Assembly (NCBI GenBank): GCA_030704615.1
Contig: CM060734.1
Span: 44,454,001-44,518,000 of the forward strand
DNA from: Takakia lepidozioides
Lineage: Eukaryota > Plantae > Bryophyta
Direction: 5' to 3'
Length of the DNA stretch: 64,000 nt
Translations under genes and position numbers: made by a program
The notes under the pieces: generated by a model
What the model saw: the letters and a program-made list of their open reading frames with translations, nothing else
Told to the model about the DNA's origin: nothing
Databases searched by the model: none
Part shown: in pieces, positions 26,922 to 37,828 of the stretch
Numbering within the stretch: the first letter of the stretch is position 1
How the letters are laid out: each line of letters starts with the position of its first letter

Positions 26922-27141
26922 CAGTGTTGTGCGGGTAAATGGATTCTTGCTTACCCTCCGAGTAAGGGTAAATAAAAATCAATGGATTATTTATCCTCAG
27001 GGTAAGGGTAAATTATTTATATGTCCATTTATTTATCCTGCGGATAAGGATAAATTATATATATGTCCATTTATTTACCCTGGGTAAGGAGAAATGATTT
27101 ACCCTTTTTATACCCATGGGGTAAATAAAGGATAAATTGAA

Positions 27142-27143
<2 letters not shown>
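26922..27143. mobile_element. hAT-like terminal remnant with GGGTAA/TTACCC subterminal repeats
   Basis: Starts CAGTGTTG; many GG(G/A)TAA and TTA(C/T)CC copies and a duplicated atatgtccatttattta unit; opposite end not found. Confidence 0.5.

Positions 27144-27194
<51 letters not shown>
27144..27194. repeat. (TA)n microsatellite
   Basis: About 25 TA units. Confidence 0.97.
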
Positions 27195-27197
<3 letters not shown>

Positions 27198-27397
27198 ATT
27201 ATGCTCAACTCAAAAAATATAACTAATTAATTCAGATAATCAATTTTTGGTCTATTTTTCAGTTTAGTATGAGGCTCATTGTATCATATATTGTGAATAA
27301 TTATATAATTATGAGAGATGATCATGAGCGTGTTTTTTCACACCAAAGATAATAGTTAGACAAAAGAAAACCCTGTAGGAGTGCTAGATGCCTCTCA

Positions 27398-28100
27398 TTT
27401 TTATTTTTATTTTGTTTTTTGTTTTAAGGAAAGGGGACAGGGGCCCTTTTAATCAAATTAATTAAATAACGGTTCACAAACAGGTGGAAAAAATAACCAC
27501 CAGGGAGGCTCCCCGTGACCATAGCATACGAGCTATCTAAAGAGAGGGATACTCTTTGCAGAGTGGGATAAAATGGGGAGAAGTTCTAAGCAAAGCTGCA
27601 GGGCAGAACGAACTGAGAAAGGAACTGCATAATGCTGCTAAGCAGCAGTATGTGCAAGTCTAAACAGAGGAGATACAGGTAGCAAAAGATAAAGGGAAGT
27701 AACCATGATGTCTGCAAGGTACAAGACGAGACCAGAGCCCAGCAGGCTGGTGACAAGTGCATGGCTGAGCCGAGGGTAAATCTGCAAAACCAGAAAAGTC
27801 TGGAAACAGGCAGGAAAGATTGCCATGGACAGCCACCTGCAAACACCAGGAGCCTGAAGACAGCCAAAGCTAGCTATCTAAAAACGAAGTTGGGTTTTAA
27901 ACAGGTGACCCAAGCCTTCTTGTGCCGCCAATTGAAGTCTCCATCGTCACCTTCAACAGGGGACATCCCAAGCGGCAGGAGTGGAGACTTGCCAGCAAAA
28001 TCCCCTCATTTTTGGATAGGTAATTGGGTCTTTAAGTCTCACTTGTGGGCTAGGACGCACGGACGCGGGGTCTCCCAAGTAGTCAGGAAACGCTCAAGCA
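27398..28100 (-). mobile_element. Probable LINE 3' end remnant
   Basis: T-rich run on + (poly-A tail on -) followed by purine-rich 3'-UTR-like sequence; no intact ORF. Confidence 0.35.
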
Positions 28101-28533
28101 TTTTTATCTCAGGATATTTGTAATCTATATTTGTCACTATTAATATTATAGAGAGATATATATATATATATATATATCCTTAAAAATATTATATTTGTCA
28201 CTATTTGTAATCTATATTCGCGTGAGGCTAATCCTAGATTACAAATATCCCGAGGCCTATTCAGGAATGTCATCAGTCGGGTCGTTTAGCTGAAGGAGGG
28301 TTACTGTACTACTTGATCCCATATCAAGTTGCTGGGTAAATCCTGGCTGTTAGGACCTCTTACGCCATTCCAGCTAGCGTCTTCACTTTCCACGGCTTGC
28401 CTTCATTGGACGGCCAAGTCTCGCCCTTGTATATGAAGCCTCTCGCTCTCCCTGGCCGTGTGTCACACCCTTATTGAGCTATGTCGCATTGACTCGGATT
28501 ATTTGCGACTCCCAATCGCTCCTCCTGTAAAGA

Positions 28534-28640
28534 GGGAGAAAAATGCCGAACAGATATGATGAATTAAATCTCCTGTAGTTTTTAATGTCTGAACGATGGC
28601 GCTTATTGTTCTCGAAATTTGTCTTGCCTCTTTTTCTCCC
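28534..28640 (+). ncRNA. Degenerate third paralog (copy C) of the RPLP0-intron C/D snoRNA; probable pseudogene
   Basis: C ATGATGA 28556-62, C'-like ACGATGG, flanking stem gggagaaaaa/tttttctccc; D' and D boxes decayed; both guide regions align with copies A and B. Confidence 0.6.
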
Positions 28641-28876
28641 ATTCATTGGTACTCAGTCGGTTGTGGATCTCCAAACTTTCTAGTTCATCTCTCAGACTAT
28701 CTGCCCACTCCTATCCCCTCTTTTTAGCTCATTGTCATTTTATCTTACACTAAAACTTGGTGCCACTGTATGTGAAATTCTCAGCAGCATTAGTCCCCTA
28801 CTCCATCCATTGGACTCCTTTCTATTACTTGACTCGGTGTGTTTGTTCATAACATTCACCTCAAAATGGGGAAAAT

Positions 28877-28968
28877 GAGGCCAAGAGAAATGATGAATTA
28901 AATTCCATATTGGTTTGACTGCCAGAATGATGGCACATATTTTTAGAACTGCTGATCTCTCTTGCCTC
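28877..28968 (+). ncRNA. Duplicated copy of snoRNA B with one mismatch in the D' guide
   Basis: All four boxes intact (C 28890-96, D' 28915-18, D 28952-55); guide ttccatattggt versus ttccctattggt. Confidence 0.75.
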
Positions 28969-30225
28969 TTTTTGTCCAACTTAGTTTTTCGCTGGTGTGG
29001 TTTTCTACTTACTTTGTTCAAATGTTGTCAAAGTTGTATTGGACGTTGTGAGGATCAGATATGGAACAACTTCTCTTTAATTGGGTTCTTGTGGTGATTG
29101 CTTTGGTGCATACTGTTTGACTCTTTGCTACGCCTTTGCTACACATTATTTAGTCATTCGGTCACCGTTACTTAGTTTGTTGTCCAGTTCTGCTGTTTTT
29201 GTTGACCTTTGTGCTAGTTCAGCAGGTTGCAGTGATAATGGGAGGTAAGGACAGTTGCTCAGATGTAACATCTTATGCACCTTTGATTTATGACTGACAT
29301 CGTCCTTTGCACTTAATATACATCTGAGCAGTTCTCCTTACCTTTTTGTGAAAATTACACTCTTCTCTTAGGGTTGTCACAATTCCGTTGGTCTGTTTCC
29401 ATTAGCCTGTTGGAAGCCTTTTTACCAAGGAATCAGGTGCTTTCTTCCTAATTTGGGTTCAGGGCCTCATTCTTCCTTGAGTCTCTGGCATTCTTTTTCT
29501 GTATGTTGTTGATAGAATGGTTCGGAGCAGATTATGGCAGGTTATAAGATTCAATTGATATCCTGTTCATGTACAGTTGGACTAGGGTTTTCCTCTAGGA
29601 AGGTTAACCAAGTGATAATGTATGGCAGGGTAATGTTGGGCTTATTTGCACCAAAGGTGATTTGAAGGAAGTAAGGGAGGAGGTTGCCAAATATGTGGTA
29701 TGTTTTCCTATCTTCCATGCGTGTGGCCAAAAGCACTGCTCAATTGTGTTAATGTACATGTAGGTAAAAGGATCATAACCTGTACATCTGCTATGGGCCT
29801 TAACACGGTAGACAGATGTATTATCTCAGTAGTCATTGGCAAGAACTGGCTTGCAACACCTGGGTCCACATGTATTTTATCTTCATGTGATTGTTGGTGT
29901 AGGTTGGAGCCCCTGCTCGCGTGGGACTTGTGGCCCCCATTGACGTTGTAGTGCCGCCTGGCAACACTGGGCTGGATCCTTCCCAAACTTCTTTCTTTCA
30001 GGTATGGATGTACAGCTGTGTCATCTATATTCTTGTCCATAATAATCTGGACTTTTTGTGTATCTCCACAGGGAGGTTTGGTCAAATTCCAATGTGGAAA
30101 TTAGTTTAAAATTGCTATGAAGATTGCCTGATATTTAGAACTGAGTAGGGGATTTGCAAATTGAACCATTCCCTGATTGGACACCAGGGAGATTAAGTCC
30201 GAACATCCTTTTCAAAATTTAGTGG

Positions 30226-30486
30226 ACTTTTCCAGGTGGCACTTTTTTAAAAACTCCATATGGTATTATGAGCCGTGTTATGATACACTTTCCGGTGGCA
30301 CTTCTATTGAGATTCCAGATGGCATTATAATAGACTTTCCAGGTGGCACTTTTTTTGAGATTCCAGATGGCATTATAATACACTTTTCAGGTGGCACTTT
30401 TTTTAATATTCCACATGGTATTTTGATATTCCAGATGGTCTTGTAATACACTTTCCAGGTACTTCTTTTGATGTGCCAGATGGTAT
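30226..30486. repeat. ~48-bp minisatellite, about 5 degenerate copies
   Basis: Unit approximately actttccaggtggcacttttttgagattccagatggcattataata. Confidence 0.85.
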
Positions 30487-30811
30487 GCACATAAGCTAAA
30501 ATAAAGGCCAAGAGGCTATTGCTACTGCAGCTGCCTCTATTGAAGTCCGCCATACAATGCATAGTTGAGGTCCCTTGTACTATCCCTTCTTAGCACATAA
30601 ACAACTGCTGAAATCACAACGGAGCTAGCAAGAGGTGACTGCAGCACTCCCGCTACCATCTCCTTCCTTCAATAAAATATGGCCACAAAACACGCAGTTC
30701 ACTACTTGGTTACTAGAATCACCCCAAGACAGGGTGTGCTGATGCATTTAACACATGGGCACTTGAAATGATTTAGTTATGGAATGAAAACCAAGCAATG
30801 AGTGCCCTTAC

Positions 30812-30889
30812 ACATCTGTAGGGTAAAGGATGGCGCCCATTGTACTTCCAACAGCGTTGAATCAGATTGTAGTGGGTAAGCATTGCTCC
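30812..30889 (-). pseudogene. Isolated exon of a long-chain acyl-CoA synthetase (LACS6/7-like) with a 2-nt deletion
   Basis: cag|GAMLTHYNLI-NAVGSTMGAILYPTDV|gtaagg resembles the G..LTH.NLIAN.AG.....P.DV exon. Confidence 0.65.
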
Positions 30890-30947
30890 CTGCACAAATG
30901 AAGGCAAGGCACATAAAGGCACATCTTGCACAAACACAGATTTGCTA

Positions 30948-31905
30948 GCCCCTATACATCCCCCTCACACCAATCTGTGATAACTTTGCGATCACCTCTG
31001 GAAATGACAGAGTCGGTGCCTGAACCCTTGTCTGCATACATGCCATCAACATATGCACTGCACACTTTCAGAGAGGGCAGTTGAGATCCACTGAAAAGCC
31101 TAGCTAGTTAAGAGCCACAACATGCATGTTATTGAACTGTGTACATATGACAATATGATTGTATCTTCAAGACTTTGATAATCAAAGCACACAGAAGGCC
31201 GTGAAACGGCAACTTAGGTTGGACAGATATGCATTGCAAATTGCATCTCAAATTATTGAACCAGGAATAAAAACACTATGAGATGAAGGTGTTCATCATG
31301 GGCAGCTAAAAGAGTTTACTGCCATGCCTACATAATTGGGTCTGCCATAAGCTTAAGATTGGATCACCTTCAAATTGCATGACTATGAGATTATTGACAC
31401 ACAGCTTTTTCTTCATACTGACACCAGTCTCGAAGAGTTCTAGTGAAAACCCATTTTTGGCATTAGTGTTGAGATAGACTTTAGTGGTCCATGAAGGCAA
31501 CCCACATCCTCATAAAGGTTACCGTACATAGGGCACAGCCAAAACAGCAGTCGAACTGCAAATGACCCATTCGTAAGCTTGGTTGAGACAACTAATTCTA
31601 CAAATGAGATCCATCAATTATCATTTTGCCAAAAACTTTTCACTTGCATCTCCCATGACCTTCCAGGAGGCCCAATGGTTATGCACTCTTTTATCGTCCA
31701 AACCTGGAAAACCCATCAAAAGAACCCATTGTTGTAGTCATTTCATTAAGGAGCACTTGCCTTCACAGTATCAAGAGGATGCAAGAGGCAAGTAGAAAGA
31801 GCACTAGCCATGCCCTCAGCCAGAGCTGACTTAAGCACAGAGCCAATAGCAATATCAACCGGGGCAGCCATTGGAACCACTGTTGCAGCTTCAAACCAAA
31901 CCATC
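30948..31905 (-). pseudogene. Two exons (31905-31761, 31031-30948) of a mitochondrial/plastid substrate carrier (SAMTL / carrier family C-like), truncated
   Basis: RMVWFEAATVVPMAAPVDIAIGSVLKSALAEGMASALSTCLLHPLDTVK|TRVQAPTLSFPEVIAKLSQIGVRGMYRG*, with the carrier PxDxxK motif; second exon breaks at a stop; GC donor. Confidence 0.85.
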
Positions 31906-32482
31906 CTGCAGGCAACACGATTACGAATCAGCATAGCATCTGCAACTTTATGGTCAATTTGTGCAAGTTGAAGAGCTCGCCTGAAGGTACAGAGACTCCC
32001 AAGAGAAGTTGTAGGGCTCCCAATCTGCAACATGAGAAAGACCACTAAGGTCCTAGACTCAAATGACTTGAAATTCAGGAAACAAACAGTGAGAAGCCAC
32101 TAGACTTTGCAGCTGGTCACCAAACACATTCACCATTAATCGTCAGAGAACAGTGTGGTAACAAAAGAGCACATTAGTGCCACAAGCTATCACCCTAAAT
32201 TGAAATGGTAGCTTCCGAACAATGATGAATCATCACCTCTAACACTGCTGCTTCTTTCTGAAAGTCAAACAACACAGATCTTCCCGCCCGCTGCTACATG
32301 GACTTCATCAGCCACTTGCACTGCAGCCAAGGCACTTTGACCATTCCTTCCTCTAAAGACTTGATAGCCCTCAAGTAGAACTTGCTAAGCCAATGGCATG
32401 ATGATTCCCTGCACCTATGCTCACCTAGCCAAGCATTGGCAAGTCTGGAAGGAGATGAATTACTAGAAGATGCTTTACATAC

Positions 32483-34161
32483 CGTGGGATGCCCCTGCAG
32501 CCCGCGTGATACTCTCATTCATAAGTGAGCCCCCCATATCATTGCAGCCTGCTGCTAGCAGTGCTTGTGCCCCACCGGGTCCCATCTTCACCCATGATGC
32601 CTGAATACAACACAGAAGTACGATAGTCAACCAGTAAACAATATGGGAGAGCTCTGACCATTGAGAAGGTGAACTGGTTTTCAGAGTCTCTGCCTTATTC
32701 AGAGAGCTGCCTTTCCCTACTAGAAAGATTTACCACCGTAGTGCTACAGTTGATACAAGGGAGAAAAGAAGAGTTTTATTGCATCCACAAGGGGGCTGGC
32801 TGCCAGAGGGCTAAGGCACAGCAAAACTGCAAGACATTACCAAAGCACCTATCTATGAACCCGAACTCTGAGACTACATGCAGGTTAGCTGCAAAAGCAC
32901 TTCGGATCCTCAAGGCCTCTGGTAGCCCTGCGAAATCTCTGAGAAGAGACTGGGGGATTAGGAAAGAGAAGAATGAACGAATTCACTGTCTCCACTTCTT
33001 GGGCAAATCCTACCTTCACAAGGGGTGTTTATGTCGCAAAAGAATTGGAAGAAAACGGGACGAGAGAAGGAAAAAAGAGCGAGAGGTGTTGTTGTGACCC
33101 CACAAGTTGTCTATGGATGAAGGATAGGTCCCAGTTGACCTGGATGGGGTATTGAGAAAACCTGAATATTGGTGATGAAAGGATGAAGTACAAGACGAGC
33201 CACAGAGTGCATAAGCACAGACTCTCTCCTGGTTGGTCCACGGCGTGCTCTCCCTTTCAGATAGAGAGGGGCCTGAAATACACTTCTCAAGAAGTTAGTG
33301 ATTACACAAACATGTTACAAGACGTGTTGCAAAAAATTCAGAACCCAAAAGAAAAACCCAAGGACGATACATTCTCCCCGTTCACATGAACCGCTTGATC
33401 AAGCTCTTTGCTGCTTTTACTACACTGTCAACCACCTGTGTAAAGCACTTTCCCTCCTGTAAAGAAAACGACGTTCATGAGCAGAGGGTCAGGGAATTTC
33501 AACAAGATGTAGTTGGCTACCAAGGTAGTACTGAAAAGTGTGGCTGTCCGTTGCACATCCATGAGCAGTAACATTGGAAGGGATCATCACCTCCATATGA
33601 ACAAATGGCAGTGGCACAAATTCTGTGAATCCTCCATATCGTCTTGCCAAATTCCTCAAGGAGAGCAGATGTCGCGCCCTAGAATTTCAAGGGTTGGTAG
33701 CCCTTTCCAATCTTGAGGTTAAATAACTTCCAAAAAATATCAATGTCTGAAAGATACTTGTCTTGTCTCTTGGGGACATACCTTTTTAAAATTCTTACAG
33801 GACCTTCCAAGGAATGCATCAAGATAAAGACATGACACGTCTGGAACTTGACAACAATGCCACAATGTGAAACATTGTATACCAATGGTGAGGGCGATCC
33901 AGGTGACCAAACATAATGGTGGACGTGGTTTGTAGTCCTATGTGTTGTCTCCATAATCTGCCCCAAGAAACACCAATTGTCAACATTTGGTTCAAGAGAG
34001 AATGTTGGGTTAAATCCTGGCACATAAACTCCATAGAGTGCAAGTCAGACAAACAGAGCCGGACAGGATAAACAGAGATGGAGCAGCATCATACTTCAGC
34101 TGTTGTGCCAGGCAATGAATCAAGGCCTGTGCTCTTCAACTCCACCAGAAACTCCTTCACA
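32483..34161 (-). pseudogene. FO (7,8-didemethyl-8-hydroxy-5-deazariboflavin) synthase CofH/FbiC-domain fragment; exons 34161-34095, 33957-33883 (frameshifted), 33678-33591, 33272-33162, 32600-32483
   Basis: VKEFLVELKSTGLDSLPGTTAE | IMETTH/IGLQTTSTIMFGHLDRPHHW | ARHLLSLRNLARRYGGFTEFVPLPFVHME | APLYLKGRARRGPTRRESVLMHSVARLVLHPFITNIQ | [40 protein letters not shown]; one internal exon missing. Confidence 0.9.
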
Positions 34162-37100
34162 CTGCCATCAGGTTTGTATCAACAGACCATAATTTCGAGA
34201 AGAATGTATATACATGCACTTGACTGCTTGCTATGGAAGTTTAGGGTTGAGTACCCTCTTGTCTCAAAGCTAGCATCTAAATGTCTTTTCCAGAGAGGCA
34301 TTTTCTGAAATCCAGCACTTCCTACTGCTCCCATCAATCCACACAATGCATCCTTCTAGTTTGGCTTTCACAGAACGATCTATTGATATACTCACTGGAT
34401 TGTGCGAGCTGTGATAGACCTGTGGCCCAAAATTCCATGCCCAAGTGAGATTTAGCAGAAACGTGGGGGATATTTTGAGGAAGAGGAGAATTGCACCCTC
34501 TATCACTAGGGAGGCCTCAGTTGTGTTGTGGAACTTACCTTTAAAATGAAAGTTACTTAGGAAAGTTCTTACAAGACCATCAGTTTACTTGTTTGTCAAA
34601 ATGACGAAGCTTACATTTGTGTTGTGCTTCAGCTAGTTCATTTTAAAGCAACATCCCTCTGTGGCCTTATTCATCATGGTCTAAAATCCATCACCCTCTG
34701 TAGGGAGGGCTTCCCTTGAGGATCTGTAATGGAGATCTGAAAGGACTTCAAAATTTCGTCAGCTACAACTTCCACCTATTTGGCAAGGTTGGTCCAGCTT
34801 CAAGGGAAAGAATAGAGGGTACATTGTCTCATCCATTTGAGGCTCTTCAAGATCCCCTTTCACAACAGAAGCCCAATCCATGTTTGATCCTTCGACCAAA
34901 GGGTTTCTTACTCTTCCCATCAGTGACCATTTTCAGTGGCTTTCAGGGACCTATTTCAAGCGCTCAACAAGTGCTCAGCAACCTTCACGACTTTCTCACG
35001 AGTGCTCAACGCCTTGATGCCCTTGAAAACCTCTCTATCGCAAACAAAATTCCATTAGTCTTGGCTAAAAGAGGTGTCTCCCACATTTCAGGGCTTGAAA
35101 TGTGAAGCAGGAAGCAGGAAGACTGAGAGTCTTCGTTTTCAAACTTGGGGGGAATTTGAGCATGCATTGCCAGGCAGTTGTTATAATTCCCTTGTTATTC
35201 ATGAGCATATATCCATTTAGTCAGACCATGAGCCTGTTAAAACACACAATGATGTCAAACATCATCACTATGTAAGTACTAGCGAAGAGAGCGGGTAGAG
35301 AGAGGAGTCAACTGTAAGATATATTACAGGCTGATTACATGCCGATCACGAATTGGCAAAATATCGAGGCAATCGCCCCTACACTTTTTCCATGCATTTC
35401 CTTTCATTCACAATATGGCTGGGATTATCTTTGCATTCTTACATAATTGCCAGTTTAATGTTCCAGGAAGGCGATTTAAGAGCATATTCCCTGGCAACGG
35501 AGAGCGGGAGATGTAGCTCACAGGAGAAGATTTGCTACTCCAGGGGGATTTAAGTAACCACACAGGGAATTGACTTGAGTTGTAAACCTTGTAAGCTGCT
35601 CATCATTGTCACGTTAGGTTAGATAGAGGGATACATCAGCAGGATCAGGATGATGCTATTTTGGATGTCGTTGGTGCCAGCCTTTGAATCAGCAGGCAAT
35701 GCCCCAGCATCAGGATTTTCTTTGAAATGCTCAGCTCCTTTGTCAAGTTTCAGTTGAGTTTCACACCAGTGGATCTTTCAGGCTCATTTCACTAATGTAT
35801 CACAATTATACCTTTTAAACCAACATGGACAGTGCTAAATTCCAGGGTTTCAAGATTCATCACAATACAGATTCATCATTCTCATTCCTTGCCCTGGTAA
35901 CGCTTACAATGGACACATGATCTCAAACTCCAATCCTAAATGAGCTAGAGGAGATAAAATACCTCCAGAGGGTTATTAGAACTTGGTTTGCAGTGCGGAA
36001 CCTTGAATCTCATTGGAGTCCTCCAAGCACCTCCAACAACTCATCCTCTAGCATCCGATAAGTCAAAAACAAAAGCTCATGTAATCCAGCTCGTACTCCA
36101 TCTTTCACGACACGATAAGTAAAAAACAAAAGCTCCTGTAATCCAGCTCCTGAACACAACCGAAATCCCATAGCGCTGGTCATCATGCTCTTCTTCTTCC
36201 TGTCCGCCATTATTCCTGGCGCGACTACCTCCCGCCATCTCTATCCATTTTTTTAACATCATCCATTACAAAGTTTTTAGTTCATCCATTCTCAAGGGGT
36301 TGGGTACTTCATCCATTTTGGAAGGATCCCACCTGGCTCCCGTGCAGGTGTCCACCGGTCGGCTCCCAGACATGGGTGGGGGGGTCACCCTGCTGCGATG
36401 GCTGACCGGAAGGCACGGGCATGGAAGTCCTGGATTAGGATAGGAAACCAACTTTGTCCAGCTTTTTGAAACATTGTGACCCGGGTAAAAGGGGCATACC
36501 ATAGATATCAGCATCCTGCCAATTCAGCCCGCGCTCATGGCAATGGGTCAGCATAACCCCTACAGATGTTGAGTGACCCCTTAGAGCCGCATGTAGAGTG
36601 GAGTCTCTCAGTGTTGGAAAGCTGTCAGACCACAATCAATGAAGCCGGGGAGGAAGGCGGGAGCTCCCAGTGGCTAGAAGTCTTAGATCGTCATCTACCC
36701 CCTGTGTTAGTACATTCGGCACCCATGGTGAGTCCTCTCATTATAAGTTGTGGCCAGAGCTTATGGGGTATGGAATTTATGTGCCCATGCCAGTTTTACG
36801 ATTGCTCAGGTTACATGCTCATTCTTGGCTGAATTGAATGCCCATAATGTACCAACAGAGATAGCAATGGCAGTTGCAAAAAATGGTACTTGCGATCAAC
36901 TCTTACCATATTTACAGGATCAAGATCTATCAACTTAGACTATGTGTTTTGGGCATACAACAAGGATTGCTATGTATGGTTGGCAGGCGTTCCTATGGCA
37001 CATCCTGCGGAGTCTGCATTGCAGGACCTGACAGCAACTTGGACGGAGGCCTCAATAGTTATGCGCCATGAATTTGAAGTTACCATGGCTCAATGTATAT

Positions 37101-37828
37101 TGTCAATCTACATCTGGTTAAAACTGCTTGGTGATGATTTTGGATACAGGTTCAAGGGGCAGCATTGACATGTTTTGCAGGCTTGACAGCTGCTGCCTTC
37201 TCAGAATTTTCACCATCCAAGCAAGATTTTGTCTTGTCTACCGTTGTACGCCCCTGTGAGCTCTTCTGCACTCCACACAGACGCAATACTGCCTTCTTTG
37301 GTTTATTTCCATGATCTTGGAATCATGGTAAATCTGGCTGTCCTGATTCTACAAAAACTTACTTTGCATATTTGGGACAAACTTCTGTCTGTCCCATGCC
37401 TTGGGGCCCCTTCTTCCTCTGTATTTTTCTGTATTTGTTGGGCTTGCAGCGATGGCCCTCACGTTGAAGAGGTTAGTTTTCTGAGATTCTGGGTCACTTG
37501 CATGCCCACTCTGGATGTGGTGATCAGCTCTTTGGGCCTTCACTGGGTCAATGATCTTCTAGGTGCAATGTCGCAGGTACACTTCAATGACAGATACTTG
37601 AGATAGTCCATCAGCCCTATTTTGATTATTCAGTCAGTGAGGGCTCAAGTACTTGTACTCAGCCCGAGGTTTAAGCATTCGGAAGGAAGGAGGGCGATTG
37701 GAGGTGAATCCCTACTTGTGCAACATTTCAGAGTGAGCAAACTCAGTGGGACGGGAAGGAGACAGTGCGTGGAACAGTGTTGATTGCAGACGTTGGAGGG
37801 ATAGAGATTGATCAAAGGTATTTAAGAA

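Larger units (their letters stand above)
28257..30067 (+). pseudogene. RPLP0: Partial genomic duplicate of RPLP0 (intron 1 from ~14750, exon 2 copy 29629-29697, intron 2, exon 3 copy 29903-30001, start of intron 3)
   Basis: Collinear with 14750-16178 including introns; lacks exons 1, 4 and 5; F>C change in GLI(F/C)TKG; extra ~400 bp (28307-28706) absent from the parent. Confidence 0.93.

Noticed and set aside
34700-35760. Possible N-terminal exons of the SAMTL-like carrier (IPLSN-like piece)
   Set aside because: Similarity too short and frames broken
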